A stretch of DNA of 64,000 nt from Podarcis pityusensis. Its lineage: Eukaryota. Location: the NCBI GenBank assembly GCA_964106645.2, contig OZ067054.1, one strand, 5' to 3'. Shown piece by piece: positions 1-13,400 of the stretch. The translations under genes were made by a program, and so were the position numbers. The notes beneath the pieces are model-generated. The model worked only from the letters and a program-made list of their open reading frames with translations, did not search any database and was not told the DNA's origin. The stretch's first letter is position 1; each line of letters opens with the position of its first letter.

Positions 1-59
1 CCCAACCCCACTCCATCTGCTGCAGAAAATCTAGAATCTGAAAGTACTGCCTTCTGTCA

Positions 60-1535
60 TTGAGAAAAACAGAAAGTTTTAACAGAAACTTTTAACTGAT
101 TGTTAAAAGTGTTTAAAGCAGAGTGAAAACCCCAATTTATGGTTGACAAGAAAGATTAGACAGACGAGAGGAGCCCCCTATATGTGAAAAATCTTTAATC
201 CTTTTTCTGCTTCCTGCCACTAGAGAACTGGAAAAGCTGAAAGTAAAGTGATCATCATTAGCTGTGAGAAAGGAATTTGCTTTGAGATAAGACACAGTTG
301 CAGCTGTGGAAATATTAAGGGGGATTTAGTTGCTAATAATATCTAGTACATCAAAAGCATCCAGTTAAGGTACTTTTGGATCTCCCAGTGACCGCTGGTA
401 TTGTTCAACAGTTGATGGCTGAACAATTAATAATGATCAGATCAATGTTAGATGAAGAAAATGAGCCAAAGAGATATGATATGGAAATGGGGAACACTCA
501 GAGAATTCAGACCAAACTGATGAAAAAGTGGCAGGACTGGATCATGAAATAATTAAATTAAAAAAATGGAAATGACTTCCATACAAGGATTTGGAGGAGA
601 GGATAAAATAAAAAATGGCGAGATGAAGAATTATTCAGATATGGTACTGGTAGCATTGAGAGGGGGGGGGGAAACTTTAGGAAAATTTCAGTCCTGGCCT
701 TCCTTCAGTTCTAGCAAGGAGATAATATTCTGCATATGACCTGGAGTGAATTTAGAGGATGCTATTAAAATTATGGTACTCTTTCTGGAGCAAAAGCAAA
801 TGGAAGGTCATAGATGATGAGATTAGGATACTATCGTAAATGCAACAGGAAATGAAAATACAACAGGAAATGGAATTGAACATATGGAACTGGACGTGAC
901 CTAATGCATGTATAATGGGGGGGGGGAATATGGAATATTGGCCCAACGTGTGATCACAGTGGGGAGACTTTAAGATGGACATGGACAGAAGAAATTATTA
1001 TCATTCAATATGGAGTAATGGTGGTGGGAATTAACAGAAGTAAAGTTTAAAAAAATGGTTGACATTTATCAATAATAACAATTAGGGAATCCATCTTTGT
1101 CTTTTCACGGGAAAAAGAAAATAAATGAGATACCTTGACTTAAAATAAATATTGTTTTACAGAAAGTGGAGAAGATGGATGTTAGCATGGACTGAATGAT
1201 CATATTTTTTAATGTAACCAGCAGATGGAAAATCAGTTTTCTTTTAGTATCTTTTTGTCTCCCTGTCTCCTTTTGTTTTTCTTCTTTCTTTAGAATCCTA
1301 TGTTCAGGGCCCTTATTAACACCCAGAGATTGTATACTCATAGGGCTGGTAGATGGTTGATGGAGGACCCCGTGTGAGAGAAAGGGAAAGGTCGGTCTCC
1401 CAGGGTGAGAGGCTGGGAGGATAAAGACCCAGGTGAGACCTGGGAGGAGCGAGTGTCCACTGTGGGTGGTAAGGGCTAAGAATTACTTTTTAAGACTTTG
1501 CATTCAACTTTTTTTTTTTTTTTTTTTTTTTTTGT
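60..1535. mobile_element. Decayed LINE (L1-like) fragments
   Basis: A-rich strand-skewed sequence with broken ORFs, a strand switch near 1100 and poly-T at 1509-1533; family not firmly identified. Confidence 0.35.
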
Positions 1536-1743
1536 AGCTGTAATTTTACTGTATTATGGGAATCTCTTAATAATTTTTCCAAAAAGGGGGTGGGGGAAGA
1601 GACAGAGTACTGAGAAGGCAGCAGGCCTGAGGAAGTCGGGGAGAAGTGCTAGGCTGGAAGAGTTCAATGTCCATTGTGCCGGATGATTTGGAGGAAGCAT
1701 TTATTCTGTTACTTATTTACATGATTTTTATCCAACCAACTGG

Positions 1744-1900
1744 TCTGAGCACATGCCTTGTATGCTGAGAGCCCAGGTTCAATCCCAGCATCTCCAGCTA
1801 AATAAGGTAACATGACAGGGAAGGAAGGACCTTGGCCGGAGGCGCTGGACAGCAGCTGCTGCCAGAGACGGGCAGAATGAGGTTATTTGGACTAAAGTCA
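1744..1900 (+). mobile_element. Degenerate tRNA-derived squamate SINE
   Basis: B-box-like GGTTCAATCCC followed by CATCTCCAG; related inverted copies near 6400-6570 and 6740-6800. Confidence 0.5.
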
Positions 1901-2005
1901 GACCAACATGGCTGCCTACCTGAATCTGGACTAAAGAAAGTATCATATGAAGATTGGAAGAGCAAACTGTTCAAGAATGATGGGAAGGAAAACTGAAGCA
2001 AGACT

Positions 2006-2325
2006 AAAGGTAAAGGGACCCTTGACAGTTAAGTCCAGTTGCGAACGACTCTGGGGTTGCAGCGCTCATCTCGCTTTACAGGCCGAGGGAGCTGGCATTT
2101 GTCCACTTCCGCAGTTTTTCCAGGTCATGTGGCCAGCATGACTAAGCCGCTTCTGGTGAACCAGAGCAGCGCACGGAATCGCCGTTTACCTTCCCGCTGG
2201 AGCGGTACCTGTTTATCTACTTGCACTGCGTGCTTTCAAACTGCTAGGTTGGCAGGAGCTGGGACAGAGCAACGGGAGCTCGCCCCGTCGCGGGGCCTTG
2301 AACCGCCGACCTTCCAATTGTCAAG
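2006..2325 (-). mobile_element. Sauria SINE (5'-truncated)
   Basis: AAAGGTAAAGGGACCC (reverse of the ACCTTT tail) and body homologous to three other copies. Confidence 0.85.
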
Positions 2326-2404
2326 TCCAAGAAATAAACAGTGAAGACTTTGGCATATGGATAGCCTACACTAAAACTGGGCTAAAGCCCAGCCCTCACT
2401 AGTA

Positions 2405-2594
2405 CAGTCATACCTCATGTTACGTTTGCTTCAGGTTGCGCGTTTTCAGGTTGCATCCCACGGTGACCCAGAAGTACCGGAAAGGGTTACTTCCGGGTTT
2501 CGCCGCTCGCGCATGTGCAGATGCAGGTTGCGTTCATTTCAGGTTGCGAATGGGCCTCTGGAACGGATCCCATTCGCAACCAGAGGTACCACTG
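2405..2594. mobile_element. Tc1/mariner (Tigger-like) MITE
   Basis: TA|CAGTCATACCTC...GAGGTACCACTG|TA termini. Confidence 0.8.
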
Positions 2595-2936
2595 TACCCA
2601 CAATGGTCAGGGATAATGGGAGTTGTACTCTGAAGCATCTGACTACCTTTGCTTGAGCAGGAAGAGTATTGCCATGGCTGTCTTTGACTTAGGAAGATCA
2701 CTGCCCCCAACTAGCAAAACAGCCTCAGAGTAAGCAGGAAAGAGACATCATGGCCAATACTGAGGCACAAGGATTGCCAACTGTTTGGGGCCCTTTGGCA
2801 TTTTGAGTGTGTCATGGGCATCATTCCCTCTTCAGTTGCTCCTTTCCCCCGCCCCCGGCAGATGGAAAGAGCAAGAGCACGTTCTGTGTGTTCTCACAGG
2901 ATCTGGGTAAAGGTTGCTTCCAGTAGGATTAAAATG

Positions 2937-3316
2937 TAAAAAGGTAAAGGACCCCATGACGGTTAAGTCCAGTCCAATTTGACTATGGGGTGCGTCACTC
3001 ATCTCCGCTTTCAGGCCGAGGGAGCCAGCGTATGTCCACAGACAGCTTTTCCTAGTAATGCGGCCAGCACAACTAAGCTGCATCTGGCGCAACGGGACAC
3101 TGTGATGGAAGTCAGAGTGCACGGAAATGCCGTTTTCCTTCCCACCACAGCAGTACCTATTTATCTGCTTGCACTGGTATGCTTTCGAACTGGCTAGGTT
3201 GGCAGCTGGGATAGAGCAACGGGAGCTCACCCCATTGTGAGGATTCGAACCGCCAACCTTCTGATCAGCAAGCCCAAGAGGCTCAGTGGTTTAGACCACA
3301 GCGCCACCTGCGTCCC
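2937..3316 (-). mobile_element. Sauria SINE, near full-length, with 13-bp TSD TAGGATTAAAATG
   Basis: TSD copies at 2924-2936 and 3319-3331; tRNA-like head and ACCTTT tail. Confidence 0.9.
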
Positions 3317-3687
3317 ACTAGGATTAAAATGGAACCTCCTGAAATAAAGCTTACACTGGTGTACTGCACAGTAGAACAACAACACCACAATAATCTTCTG
3401 CTAGCCAGCAACAGAAAAACTCTGATTCAAGGCATGGATCCTTATGATTTTTTATGTAGGATAAAAAAAACCCCAATAAATCACATAATGGTGGCTTTGA
3501 GGGACTATCTTGCAAATATTATTTGGGCCTATGACCATCCATTTTTTGTATCATGTCAGTGGTGTAAAGGATTGAATCCATTATTTTTTACAGTTCAGTC
3601 AGTTTAGATAGACATGTTCTGTTTTGGGGGGGTTGGGGAGGAGTAACCTGTGAATAATTTCAAGAGGATTCTGCATCTGACTCAGGG

Positions 3688-3714
3688 GTGTGTGTGTGTG
3701 TGTGTGTGTGTGTG
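3688..3714. repeat. (GT)n microsatellite
   Basis: Direct inspection. Confidence 0.95.
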
Positions 3715-3824
3715 TCTGCGCACACATGAATTCTCTCTCTGGCTCTTCATTGCCTCTGCCTCTCACTCAGTCTGACACCACTCCCTCTTTTTTTCTGTCT
3801 CCACTCATCCTTCTTGCTCTATTC

Positions 3825-3960
3825 CAGGCTTCCTCAACCTCAGCCCTCCAGATGTTTTGAGACTACAATTCCCATCATCCCTGACCACTGGTCCTGCTAG
3901 CTAGGGATCATGGGAGTTGTAGGCCAAAAACATCTGAATGGCCGAGGTTGAGGAAGCCTG
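3825..3960. mobile_element. Palindromic hAT MITE (URR1-like), 8-bp TSD CTCTATTC
   Basis: TIR CAGGCTTCCTCAACCTC with perfect TSD at 3817-3824 and 3961-3968. Decayed relatives near 5130-5215, 35915-36030, 41340-41428, 47755-47815 and 59205-59336. Confidence 0.9.
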
Positions 3961-4520
3961 CTCTATTCTGTCTCCTTTCAGGACATACCACTATCTTGCC
4001 CCTGCCTTCTCCTCAGTCAGGCCATTTCCCTTCCCTTTTCCTCCTATCCCCCCCCCCCTAAATCCACTTTCTGTTCAGCTGAGCCTTGAGAAGCAGAGAG
4101 AGCTAAAAGAGGAAGTGGGAGAGTCACTCTTCCCACTTGCTTTCTTGTGTCATTTTTTTGAGGAGGAAACAATAATCCCCATTGCCAACTTATGGCAAAG
4201 GGGACAGAGGACAAGAGCATTTCCCTTGCCACTCACAAAACCTAAGGATATAGGCATCATGTTGTTAAGTCCAGCTGTAGCTTCACTACTAGTTAAAAAG
4301 TCAGCAAATTGGCTGCTGCCTCTCCAGTGCAGATCTCTGTAACTTCATTTTGAAACGTTCAAGCAGATTGCCAAAAAGTGCTCATCTTCCTTTCCTCTGA
4401 ATGATAGTTTTACCTTACTTAGGAGAAATCTGTACATTAGGCCCAGCTGTTATTGCTGGGGAGACAGAAACTGGACAAACTTGTTTCCTCCCTCCTGACC
4501 ACAAGCATGAAAGTAGTAAT

Positions 4521-4857
4521 GGGACCCCTGACCATTAGGTCCAGTCGTGGCCGACTCTGAGGTTGCGGCGCTCATCTTGCTTTATTGGCTGAGGGAGCCG
4601 GCGTACAGCTTACGGGTCATGTGGCCAGCAGGACTAAGCCGCTTCTGGCGAACCAGAGCAGAGCATGGAAATGCCATTTACCTTCCCGCCAGAGCGGTTC
4701 CTGTTTATCAACTTGCACTTTGACGTGCTTTCAAACTGCTAGGTTGGCAGGAGCAGGGACCGAGCAACGGGAGCTCACCCCGTCACGGGGATTCGAACTG
4801 CTGACCTTCTGATCGGCAAGCCCTAGGCTCTGTGGTTTAACCCACAGCGCCACCCGC
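4521..4857 (-). mobile_element. Sauria SINE flanked by ~50-bp direct repeat
   Basis: Homologous to the other copies; flanks 4467-4518 and 4860-4908. Confidence 0.88.
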
Positions 4858-5704
4858 ATGAAACTGGACAAACTTGTTTCCTCCCTGACCACAAGCATGA
4901 AAGTAGTAGCGTCATTCAATTTTGCCCTAAATGAAGCAGTAGGGTACAGAAAGGAATAGACATGGAGATTTTAAAGAGACTTTCAGAGGACAGAAAGGAG
5001 GAGTGGGCAAGAAGCCATTGCCTCTCACATAAGAAAACCATTCAAGAGGTTTCATCAGCATTCTGCTGGCTCATTAACTGCCTCCAGGTGATGTTTCTCC
5101 AGGTGGAGTGCTGGGGTTAGTGACCTTCTAGGTGATGTTGGGACCAGCATGGTCAATGGCCACAGATGATGGGAGATGCAGCTCAACAAGATCTGGAGAG
5201 CCAGTTTTTCCCCATTCCCCTTTGCCCTCTTACTACCAGACCACCCATTTCAAAATCTGGGAGTCTTAGTCCTCTACCAAAGCAACAAACAATAAGTAGT
5301 GATGCAATATGTATTAATATTAGGTATTCGGAAATAACAAAACACTCCACTTTGAGATTCAGTGCCCAGAATAAATGATTCAGAAGTTATTCTGGTCTTC
5401 CGAGATTGTTCACTGAGTTCACAGAGGAATTTCTGGCAAGGACTCATGTGGCAGAAGGGATAGAAATAGGATGACAGGAAATTGCCTTGTGGGGTGGAGG
5501 ACAGGGAGCTTGTGTTGGACACTCAAGTCCCAACCTGTTAAATGAGAAGCATTGCCAGTTTCTTAGCATCTTGCCTTTTCAGACATAACTCCAAGTTATT
5601 TTTGCCAAAGCGATGTGTGGTACAAACCTGGTTAAAGGAAGTGAGGTGTGATTGCTCAGGATGCAAAATGGCATGCTGGCTAGTGATCTCATAAAATACA
5701 AGCA

Positions 5705-6268
5705 TGTCATGCGCTGGCTGGACGCAGAGGAATGGTTGGAGGCACGGGCTGGGGAACCCCCAAGGGAAGAAAGCTCAGAGCCCAGGGAATGGTGCTGGGA
5801 TGACAATGAGTGGTCAGAGCGCCAAGCCTGGAAGGAGGAGGTGTCAGAAGCTGAAAAGGTAACGGTTTAGTGAGCAGGGAGGGTCTGTGTCAGAGAGAAG
5901 TCCAGAATCAGAAGATGAAGCAGGAGAGGAGGGAGTCCAAGAGGCAGAGATGAGACAGGCTGGTGAAGAAGCTAGGATGTCTCCTCGCTGCCTGCTCCAA
6001 GCTACCAATCCCCCTGGTCGCCCAGGACCAGAAGAGGGGCGAAGGGAGAGGAGCAGAGACAGGCACGTTGGCGTAGTCTCAGATTGTTTGGAAAGGACGA
6101 GATTTAGACAGCTGTGGGAAGGTGCGGATCTTCAGCCTTCATAAGGGGCAATACCTATCAAGAATTGTTGTGCTGATTAGGCCTGGCTCCCCTGAGCAGA
6201 CCTTGTATCTTCTAATGAAGAGTTAACTTCACATATTCTATGTGATTCATTGTTGGCTACCTCTGACA
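5705..6268 (+). mobile_element. Putative solo LTR (Gypsy-like)
   Basis: TGTCA...TGACA termini with a purine-rich body; no clear TSD. Confidence 0.45.
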
Positions 6269-6899
6269 CATAACTAGAGATGCCACCCTGCCTTCCCGAA
6301 ACTGCCAAAATCAAGAGAGCTGCTTCTCTCTCACGCTGAATATACACACCCCGTTTCCAGCAAATAAAATTAGTGGTGAAAACTGGCACAAGAAGCTGCC
6401 TTATACCAAGTCAGACCATTAGTGTATCTAACTCAGTATTGCCTACACTGACTGGCAGAGGCTCTCCAGATATTGAGATTGACAACATTCCCAGTCCTAC
6501 CTGGAGATGCTGGGGACTGAACCTGGGACCTTCTGAATGGAAAGCAGATGCTCTACCACTGAACTACAGTCATAGGTGCTAGAAGCAAGATCTACCCCAG
6601 CTTGCCAGAACACTATGCAGACAGGAAACAACCACATGGAGGACCATTATTTGGGGTGGGCATGTTGTCAAGAGACTTCCCATCCTACTTGAGTAATCTT
6701 TGTCTTGCTAGAATTTCAGTCACAAGTGTTAACCAGCTGTACATGGAGATGTCTGGGATTGAACCGGGAACATTTTGTATGCAAAGCATGTATGTTACCA
6801 TTCAGAATGGCCTAACTGACTCCTTCTGCATCTCCAGAAGATCTTCCCAAAGCCAGGTGGACTCTCCACTCTTACCAAAATGAACACACAAGCACAGTA

Positions 6900-7327
6900 C
6901 ATTCTTATCAAGAGTGCGCTTTTATTTTTTTTATTTTTTTTCCTTTTTTTGGAATTTTTTAAACCTTAGGTTCCCTTCCAGCAGCAAATGGGTGCCAAGG
7001 AAAGAGACCAACAAAAGAATCCAAACGCTCCCTCCCGCCGCCTCATCAACACATTCCAAGCACAAATTAAGAAATGCAAACTAAACCAAAAAATATATAT
7101 ATATTTATATATATAATTTGTCTTTTTCTCTCCGGGTTGCACCCCGGCCCCACCTCCGAAGACGGCTGATTGGCTGGGGGTCTCTGGCTCTCTTCAGTAA
7201 GGGGGCAGCAGGGCACGCACACACACACACAGGTGGTTGGAAAAGGGGGAGCAGCATCGCTCAGTTCCACTCCCTCCTGTTGCTCCCCAAGTCTGACAGT
7301 AGAAAAATATGGCAGCTGGAGCCACCC
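6900..7327 (-). other. HUWE1: HUWE1 3' UTR (approximate 3' end)
   Basis: Lies between stop TAA (7328-7330) and the tandem poly(A) signals; GU-rich element follows on the minus strand. Confidence 0.75.
6921..6935 (-). terminator. Tandem AATAAA polyadenylation signals of HUWE1
   Basis: TTTATT on + at 6921-6926 and 6930-6935; TGTGCTTGTGTGTT downstream on the minus strand. Confidence 0.75.
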
Positions 7328-7430
7328 TTACGCCAGGCCAAAGCCCTCCGAGCACTCCTGGATGGCCAGTAGCAGCATGTGACGCAATTTCTCATAACTC
7401 TCATAGGCAGGGAGGTCCAGCTGGTTGAAA
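7328..7430 (-). CDS. HUWE1: HUWE1 last coding exon ([33 protein letters not shown]); completes catalytic Cys codon TG|T
   Basis: cag acceptor, stop TAA, HECT C-terminus. Confidence 0.96.
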
Positions 7431-10400
7431 CTGGAGGAAGAAAGCATCAGTGTAAGGGGGTGGGGCCAACCAGATTGACTGCAAAGTCAATGCCTTTCTT
7501 TTTCCAAAACCAGAGCAAAAGACAGTACCTCCACCCTTCCCAAACTGGCCAGAAATCTTAATCTGTAGGCCGTGATCACTTTACTGACAAAAATCTACAG
7601 ATCTACAGCCTGCTCACATTTGATTCTTAGCAGTATTTAATTTCAACCACAGGACAGCCTAAGAACCTGTTCTGAAGGTCAAAATTCAGTCCTTGGAAGT
7701 GATGAACAATCCTCTGCACATGTGCAGAATGTCTATCCCAAACAATTGTCACCCCATCCAACTCCATCTGGGATTTGGATTTGCAAGGCACAAAACTGGA
7801 GTTCTGGCACCTCTTTCTTTAGGACTTGACCACTGACTCATGACTCAAGTTATAGATAGCCTCTGTTTCAGAAACACACTCATTCCCTTTCTCCCCTCCC
7901 GGCTCACAAAATCCCCAATTGTGTTTCTAGGTAAAGGAGCAACAGATACTGCTGTAGAAGGGAAGCTCCTGTAAAATAGCTAGGACCTTACAGATATTCA
8001 TAGGAAAAAACCTTCAGCAGCGTCATGGTATACGTGTTATGGCTCAAGATGATAACCAGTGAATTCTAGCACTTACACAAGCTTGGAAGGCCTCTTGGAG
8101 TTAGGGTGATTATATGACACACTTCCATTTACATAATTTTTTTTCCTGCATAATGGAACACTAACAATGGGCTTATCCATTTGCCTCTTACCACGTGTGA
8201 GCAGAAGGCAGTCTATCTGTTGAGCGGTCGTCTCTGTGGATCTGGAATTTCTGGATGCCGTTCATGCCCTCTAGGGCAGCAAACCCCTGCAAGGGCACCT
8301 TGGATGTGCCTGTGACGAACTGCAGGAACTTTGCTCTGTCTGCCTGATCAAAGGAGCGCAGGGCTCGCCAGAACCACTGAATCTGTGAAAGACAAAAGCA
8401 GGTCAGAGATGCTGGCATTTCTGAGAAAGTGAGAAATTTGCAGGCCTCCAGAAGTGAAGGGCCCAGAAGGACCAACACAAAGAGGAGCCAATAGGGGGAG
8501 AGGATAGCAGAAGGGATGGGGTCGCACATTTCCTGCCTTCCAAGCGGGAGGTAGCGATGATATATGCCCGACAGGAGAAGAGCCACCTTAGCGGCAAACA
8601 GAGTTCCAAGATCAAACTTGTAGTCAAACATATCAAGGCTGCGATACTATACAAATTTACCTGAAGTCTCATTGAGCTCAATCAACTAAGGAAATTAATT
8701 GTTATCATGCCAAGAAAAATCAAGAGGATTCCTCTCCATTAGGCCTTGACACTTCCACTCTGGAGAAGAGAGAGTTGGTGAAAGGCAACCTGCTAGAAAG
8801 GAAAGGCTAACCTGGATAGAGTTTGCCTGGTACTTGTGGTACTCTGTGTTGGACTTCAGGTCATCTATGTCAATGGTGGGCAGCCCCGAGATTAGCAGCT
8901 CCAGCTCCTGCTCCGTGAAGATGGAGATGAGGCGCTTGGGGATAATCTCATAGAAGCCCTCCAAGAAGGCAGCCAGCTGCTTGCGGATTGCTCCTGCCAG
9001 AAGGGAATATGGATTATCAATGGGTGGGGAAGGCAATGGAAGTTCTAAGTAGCCGAAGAAGAGGGGAAACTATTGCTCAGGAGGGAATAAAATCTAAACA
9101 CTGAAATGTGCACATTTATGTAAAATTTACAACTTCTCACAGCTGATTGGTAGATGAATCTGCCTCAAGTACAGTGTCTACGTAATGACCTTAGACCGAA
9201 TTAGACAACTAAAGTTTTTGTTGTTGCTGTTGTTTGTACACTTTTCCTTAAAAAACACAGTTTGGCTTCCTTCTTCAGGCTATTGCTATTGATCCGGTGA
9301 AACAGCAACTCATGGACAGCTCTGGTATGACACTAGTTCTTTGCTTAGAATTTAGTATAAATTATGAGATAGGGAGGGAATGTTAATTCAAAAGGTAGAC
9401 GCAAGTTAATAAGTGGAGGGATCCCATCTTCCAGCAGAGATGGGTTTAGATCATCAGGTTCTTTTCACTGTTCTCAGGTGTACTCCCCCAACACACCTGT
9501 CATTCGCATCTGACACACCAGGTGTACATATTCCTTCTTGTTCTCCTCAGTCACAAGGATGTTGGCTCCGTTGGGCTTAAGGTCACGTACTTCACACACA
9601 CCAAACTCTTGAACCTGTTTGGGTAGGGGAGGAGGAAAGACAGAAGTGTACTAAATAAGTAGAAACTGGATTAACAAGAACATCTCTTGGGAAAAGAGAA
9701 GGCTTGCCTTGCTCTTTCTGACAAGGACCAGAAGTGAGAATGACTCAATACTGGCCTTGATTCAATCCTTTTTCAGTTTCACAAATTCCTCCTCAGCCTC
9801 AAATTACAACCCAATGGATGCTTCTCTTAACAAAACACCATAATGTAGTTGCAAGAATCAGATTTACCCCTTGTGCATAGTAAAATATAAACACACAACC
9901 AAAACCGAACAGCAGCAGCCATCATTCAGGGGCAACGAAAGACTCTGGCAGTTATCACCAGATAATACATCCTTACTATTCTGGAACACTGTGTCCGAAT
10001 GCCATTCTTGTTACAGTGCTTGATAATCAATGCCAATATCCACAGCCTCATTGTTTCTCACATTGTTTAGAGAGTTCTAATTTTTTAAGATCAAAAGAAA
10101 TCTGAATTCAAAAGGAAAGAGCTGTATCCACTGCTAGAAAATCCCTGCAAATATATAGTCATCTTCACCTATTATTACACATGGAGGGATTTGTACAACT
10201 TCTGGGTGAGGAATTCTACCACCTTCTTGATTTTTATCCATCATCTTCAAAATTGTCCAGATTGAATGGTTGCCCATTCTATGCGATAGCCCTTTGTCTC
10301 TTTAGCTTCAATATCCTTCAACTTCCAAAAGATTTGCCCCAAAATACTTCCATGAGAAGGGGACAGCTTACCTCTGTGCTGAAGGTGAGGTCATAGCCCA

Positions 10401-13400
10401 GTGTGGAGACATCGTTTTCCAGAAGATACACCAGTCCCTGGTAGAAGTGGTAATCCTCACTCTCCATATCTGTGTACCTGTATGGTTGAAGGAAGCTGGC
10501 TGGGTTAGGAACATGTTTTGGGAAAGATAGGAAAGCATTTTAGATGGACTAGTTCAACAAAAACCCTAAAAGCAAAGGCACTACTCACCTGACAGATTTG
10601 CCCAAGATATGCTTGTAGAAGGAGCGGGTGAAGTAGCATTCCAGCAACCGGTTATCATATACTGCTTTGGCCACAATGCGCCCTACAAACTTGAAGTAGC
10701 TCAGGTGGTTGGGGTTACAGTGAGAGGAAGGATTGATGGTGTAGGTGACTCGATCGCCAGGCGATGTGCGGAAGAGCGCATACATGGGGTTAAACATCTC
10801 CCGTGAGATGATCATGTACCACTCGCGCAGGAGACCTCCAGCATCCTGACCCTCTTCCCCTTCAAATACTATGTACCTGAAAAACAGAAGAGGATATAAT
10901 AATAAGGAAACGTCAGAAGTGGATGATGGGTTTAGAACAATAAGGCTGGCAGGGACTGAATGTCTGGTTTATAGGTTCAATCTACAAAATAAGGAAAAAT
11001 CAACATTTAGACAAAACGTGGGCAAAGGTCCTCAGCAAGGGTAAGAAAGAAAACGGTGCACATAAGAAGACTCTGATTACAGCAGCACGCTAAAAGTTCT
11101 AGTAGCTGAAGAAGTTGCTTACAATCTGTTTTTCATTTCCTCGGGCGACTTGCGATGCAACTCCCGGTATGAGTCTTCAAAGACATGATCTCGACGCACA
11201 TGCACAGCCATGTCTTCTTTCCGCAGCCCCTCATCAAGTCTTTCCAACTCTTGCCGGAAGTACCTTGGAAAGAAGAGTAAGCATGTAGCCATTACCTCTC
11301 ACATTGGGCAGCCCCCAGGGCTATTACTATGGAACTCCCTGAAGCCAATTCACAGTTACAGTTGCAAAGCACTAACAATGAAAGAGATGACATGTTCTAC
11401 AGATGTAGATGAAAAGTGGGCGGGTTTGCCATCTCTCCAGCCCTTACAAAGTGTCTTCAGAATTGAGGCTGAGAGACACTTTTGACTATACTTCATTCTA
11501 GGGGAAGAAGCATATCAAACTGAGTAAGACCACCCATCCAGTCACCACGACTTCTCCTGCCCCACACTGATCTTTTTGCCAATGGAGGAGCTGAACAATG
11601 CCAAGAAATGAGAAATGTCTGGGTAGCCAACCTAGAGGGCATCACAGCCAATAGAAAAGTCAGCACACAAGCCTAGAATATCACTCAAGCAATCTGCCCT
11701 AGAGGTCAAAAGTGAGACATCATACTCGTGCTTACAATCAATCTCTGGCATCTCCTTGTTTTTTAATTATTATTTAAAATGAATAGGAAACAGAATACTA
11801 ACACCCCACCCTAAAACCTACTTCCGTTTGACATCAAAATCCAGCACACGTATGTAATCCACGAGGACAGCAAAGGGGCCGTCAGCTAAATGGGTGGTGG
11901 ACTGGCGCAGGATCTGGTTCAGCACAGTGCGGTGTGTTTCTGCAAGACGAGAACAAAAGTGAAGGTTCGGCTGCACGCTCCTTATTGTGTTTCTTCCAGG
12001 CATGCTGCAGAAACCCGTTAATGAAATTCCTCCACAAGTATATTCCCTAGTTAGTCACACCTTGATCCACACACTCCTCCCTCAGCAAACCAGCTGCCCT
12101 TCTGAGATAGAGACAGCCGAGAAACCCCCACTTGAAGCCCTCATGAAAGAATTAGTCTTAATACCCTGGACACAGCCAGACATGCCACAGTTTGAACTAA
12201 CCTGCAAAGCGGAGGAACTTCTGTGTGTCTGGGGGAAGGCTGGAGGAAATGTGCATGGAAGAAGGTTCACGGGAGAAAAAGGGGTCAAGGGAGGAGGGTG
12301 TTGCAGGGGTCAGTGGGGCAGGTGAAAGGGGTGGGGGCTCGTCCTTGATGTGAGCCAGCTGGCTCTCCCGGGTGTCACGCACTGGGGGCTTGCTTTCCCG
12401 CTCTGTGGCATGCACCAAAAAGAAGGCCTCCACTGCAGGCTGCAGCACTGTAGGGAAGAGAGCAGAAGGTGAAGTTCCAAGAGGCAGAGAGGCCTGAAGC
12501 AGACCAACCTTCCAGCAGCCCAGAACCTTACCAAGCACAGCATGTTGGTCATGCGATTCTTCCAGCTCCTTCAGGCACTCGCCCAGCATATCCCATAGTT
12601 CATCCAGACTGAGTTGCTCACTTAGCAGAGGCAGATCCGGAGGACGCTCCTCTTTCTCCTTCTCACCCTGCTGGGACCCTTCTGACACTGTAAGAACAAG
12701 AGATCAGTCCTTCACACTTTAGCCTTCCCAGTTCCAGGACAGGCAACTCCTTCAGACCTGTAGAAGGAGGGCCTACGGCAGGTAAAACAGCTTCTCTACT
12801 TCAGAGACAGCCACCCCTCAACTGCAAAAAGCAGATACTAACCAACTGATTGGGTGTCTTGTGTGGTGGGTGACGGCTGATCCACATCCATAGGTGATTC
12901 GTCTCTTCGTACAGAACCCTCTGCCTGGTTTGGCTCCGACTGAACAGAAGAGATGCACACATTAGTGAGGGCTGAAGCTTCCCAAGAGCACTTAGGAAAT
13001 AGGTGCTGGGAGGTCAGCCCAGTAACTCCCAAAAGGCAGGGAAGAAAATGGACCATCAACAGAACTGTGCATGGTGGCCCTACCACTTTCCCCATCCTTT
13101 ACAAAGACCAAAAGAGGTTAAACATGCTGTTATACACAAGCTAAAATCTGCAGAGGGAATGAGCCGAATGACACAGCTACAGGAGAAATAGGGGAGCAGG
13201 GAAAAAAAGCTAGCAGAAAGCATGACATGCGTGAATCTGGAGGTGGAGCACTTACAGCCAGGAGCAATGGTGAAGTGCATGCACCAGAGTGGGGAAAGTT
13301 CTTGGAAAGCAAAGAACAGGTGTGGAGAGAAGAGGAAAGTTGTCATCAGGGACCTTCCTGCAGGGATAACCTCATATTTAACAAGGCCCACATGCCAGGG

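Noticed and set aside
5652-6144. + strand ORFs (72 and 85 aa, acidic)
   Set aside because: They lie within the putative LTR or repeat, with no recognisable domain or splice structure.
6900-7327. let-7/miR-98 seed site in the HUWE1 3' UTR (host feedback loop)
   Set aside because: No CUACCUC match found in the UTR.
8500-8680. CpG-containing intronic patch with a possible hairpin (snoRNA?) and an in-frame ORF extension
   Set aside because: No properly placed H/ACA or C/D boxes; the ORF is just open intron sequence upstream of the exon.
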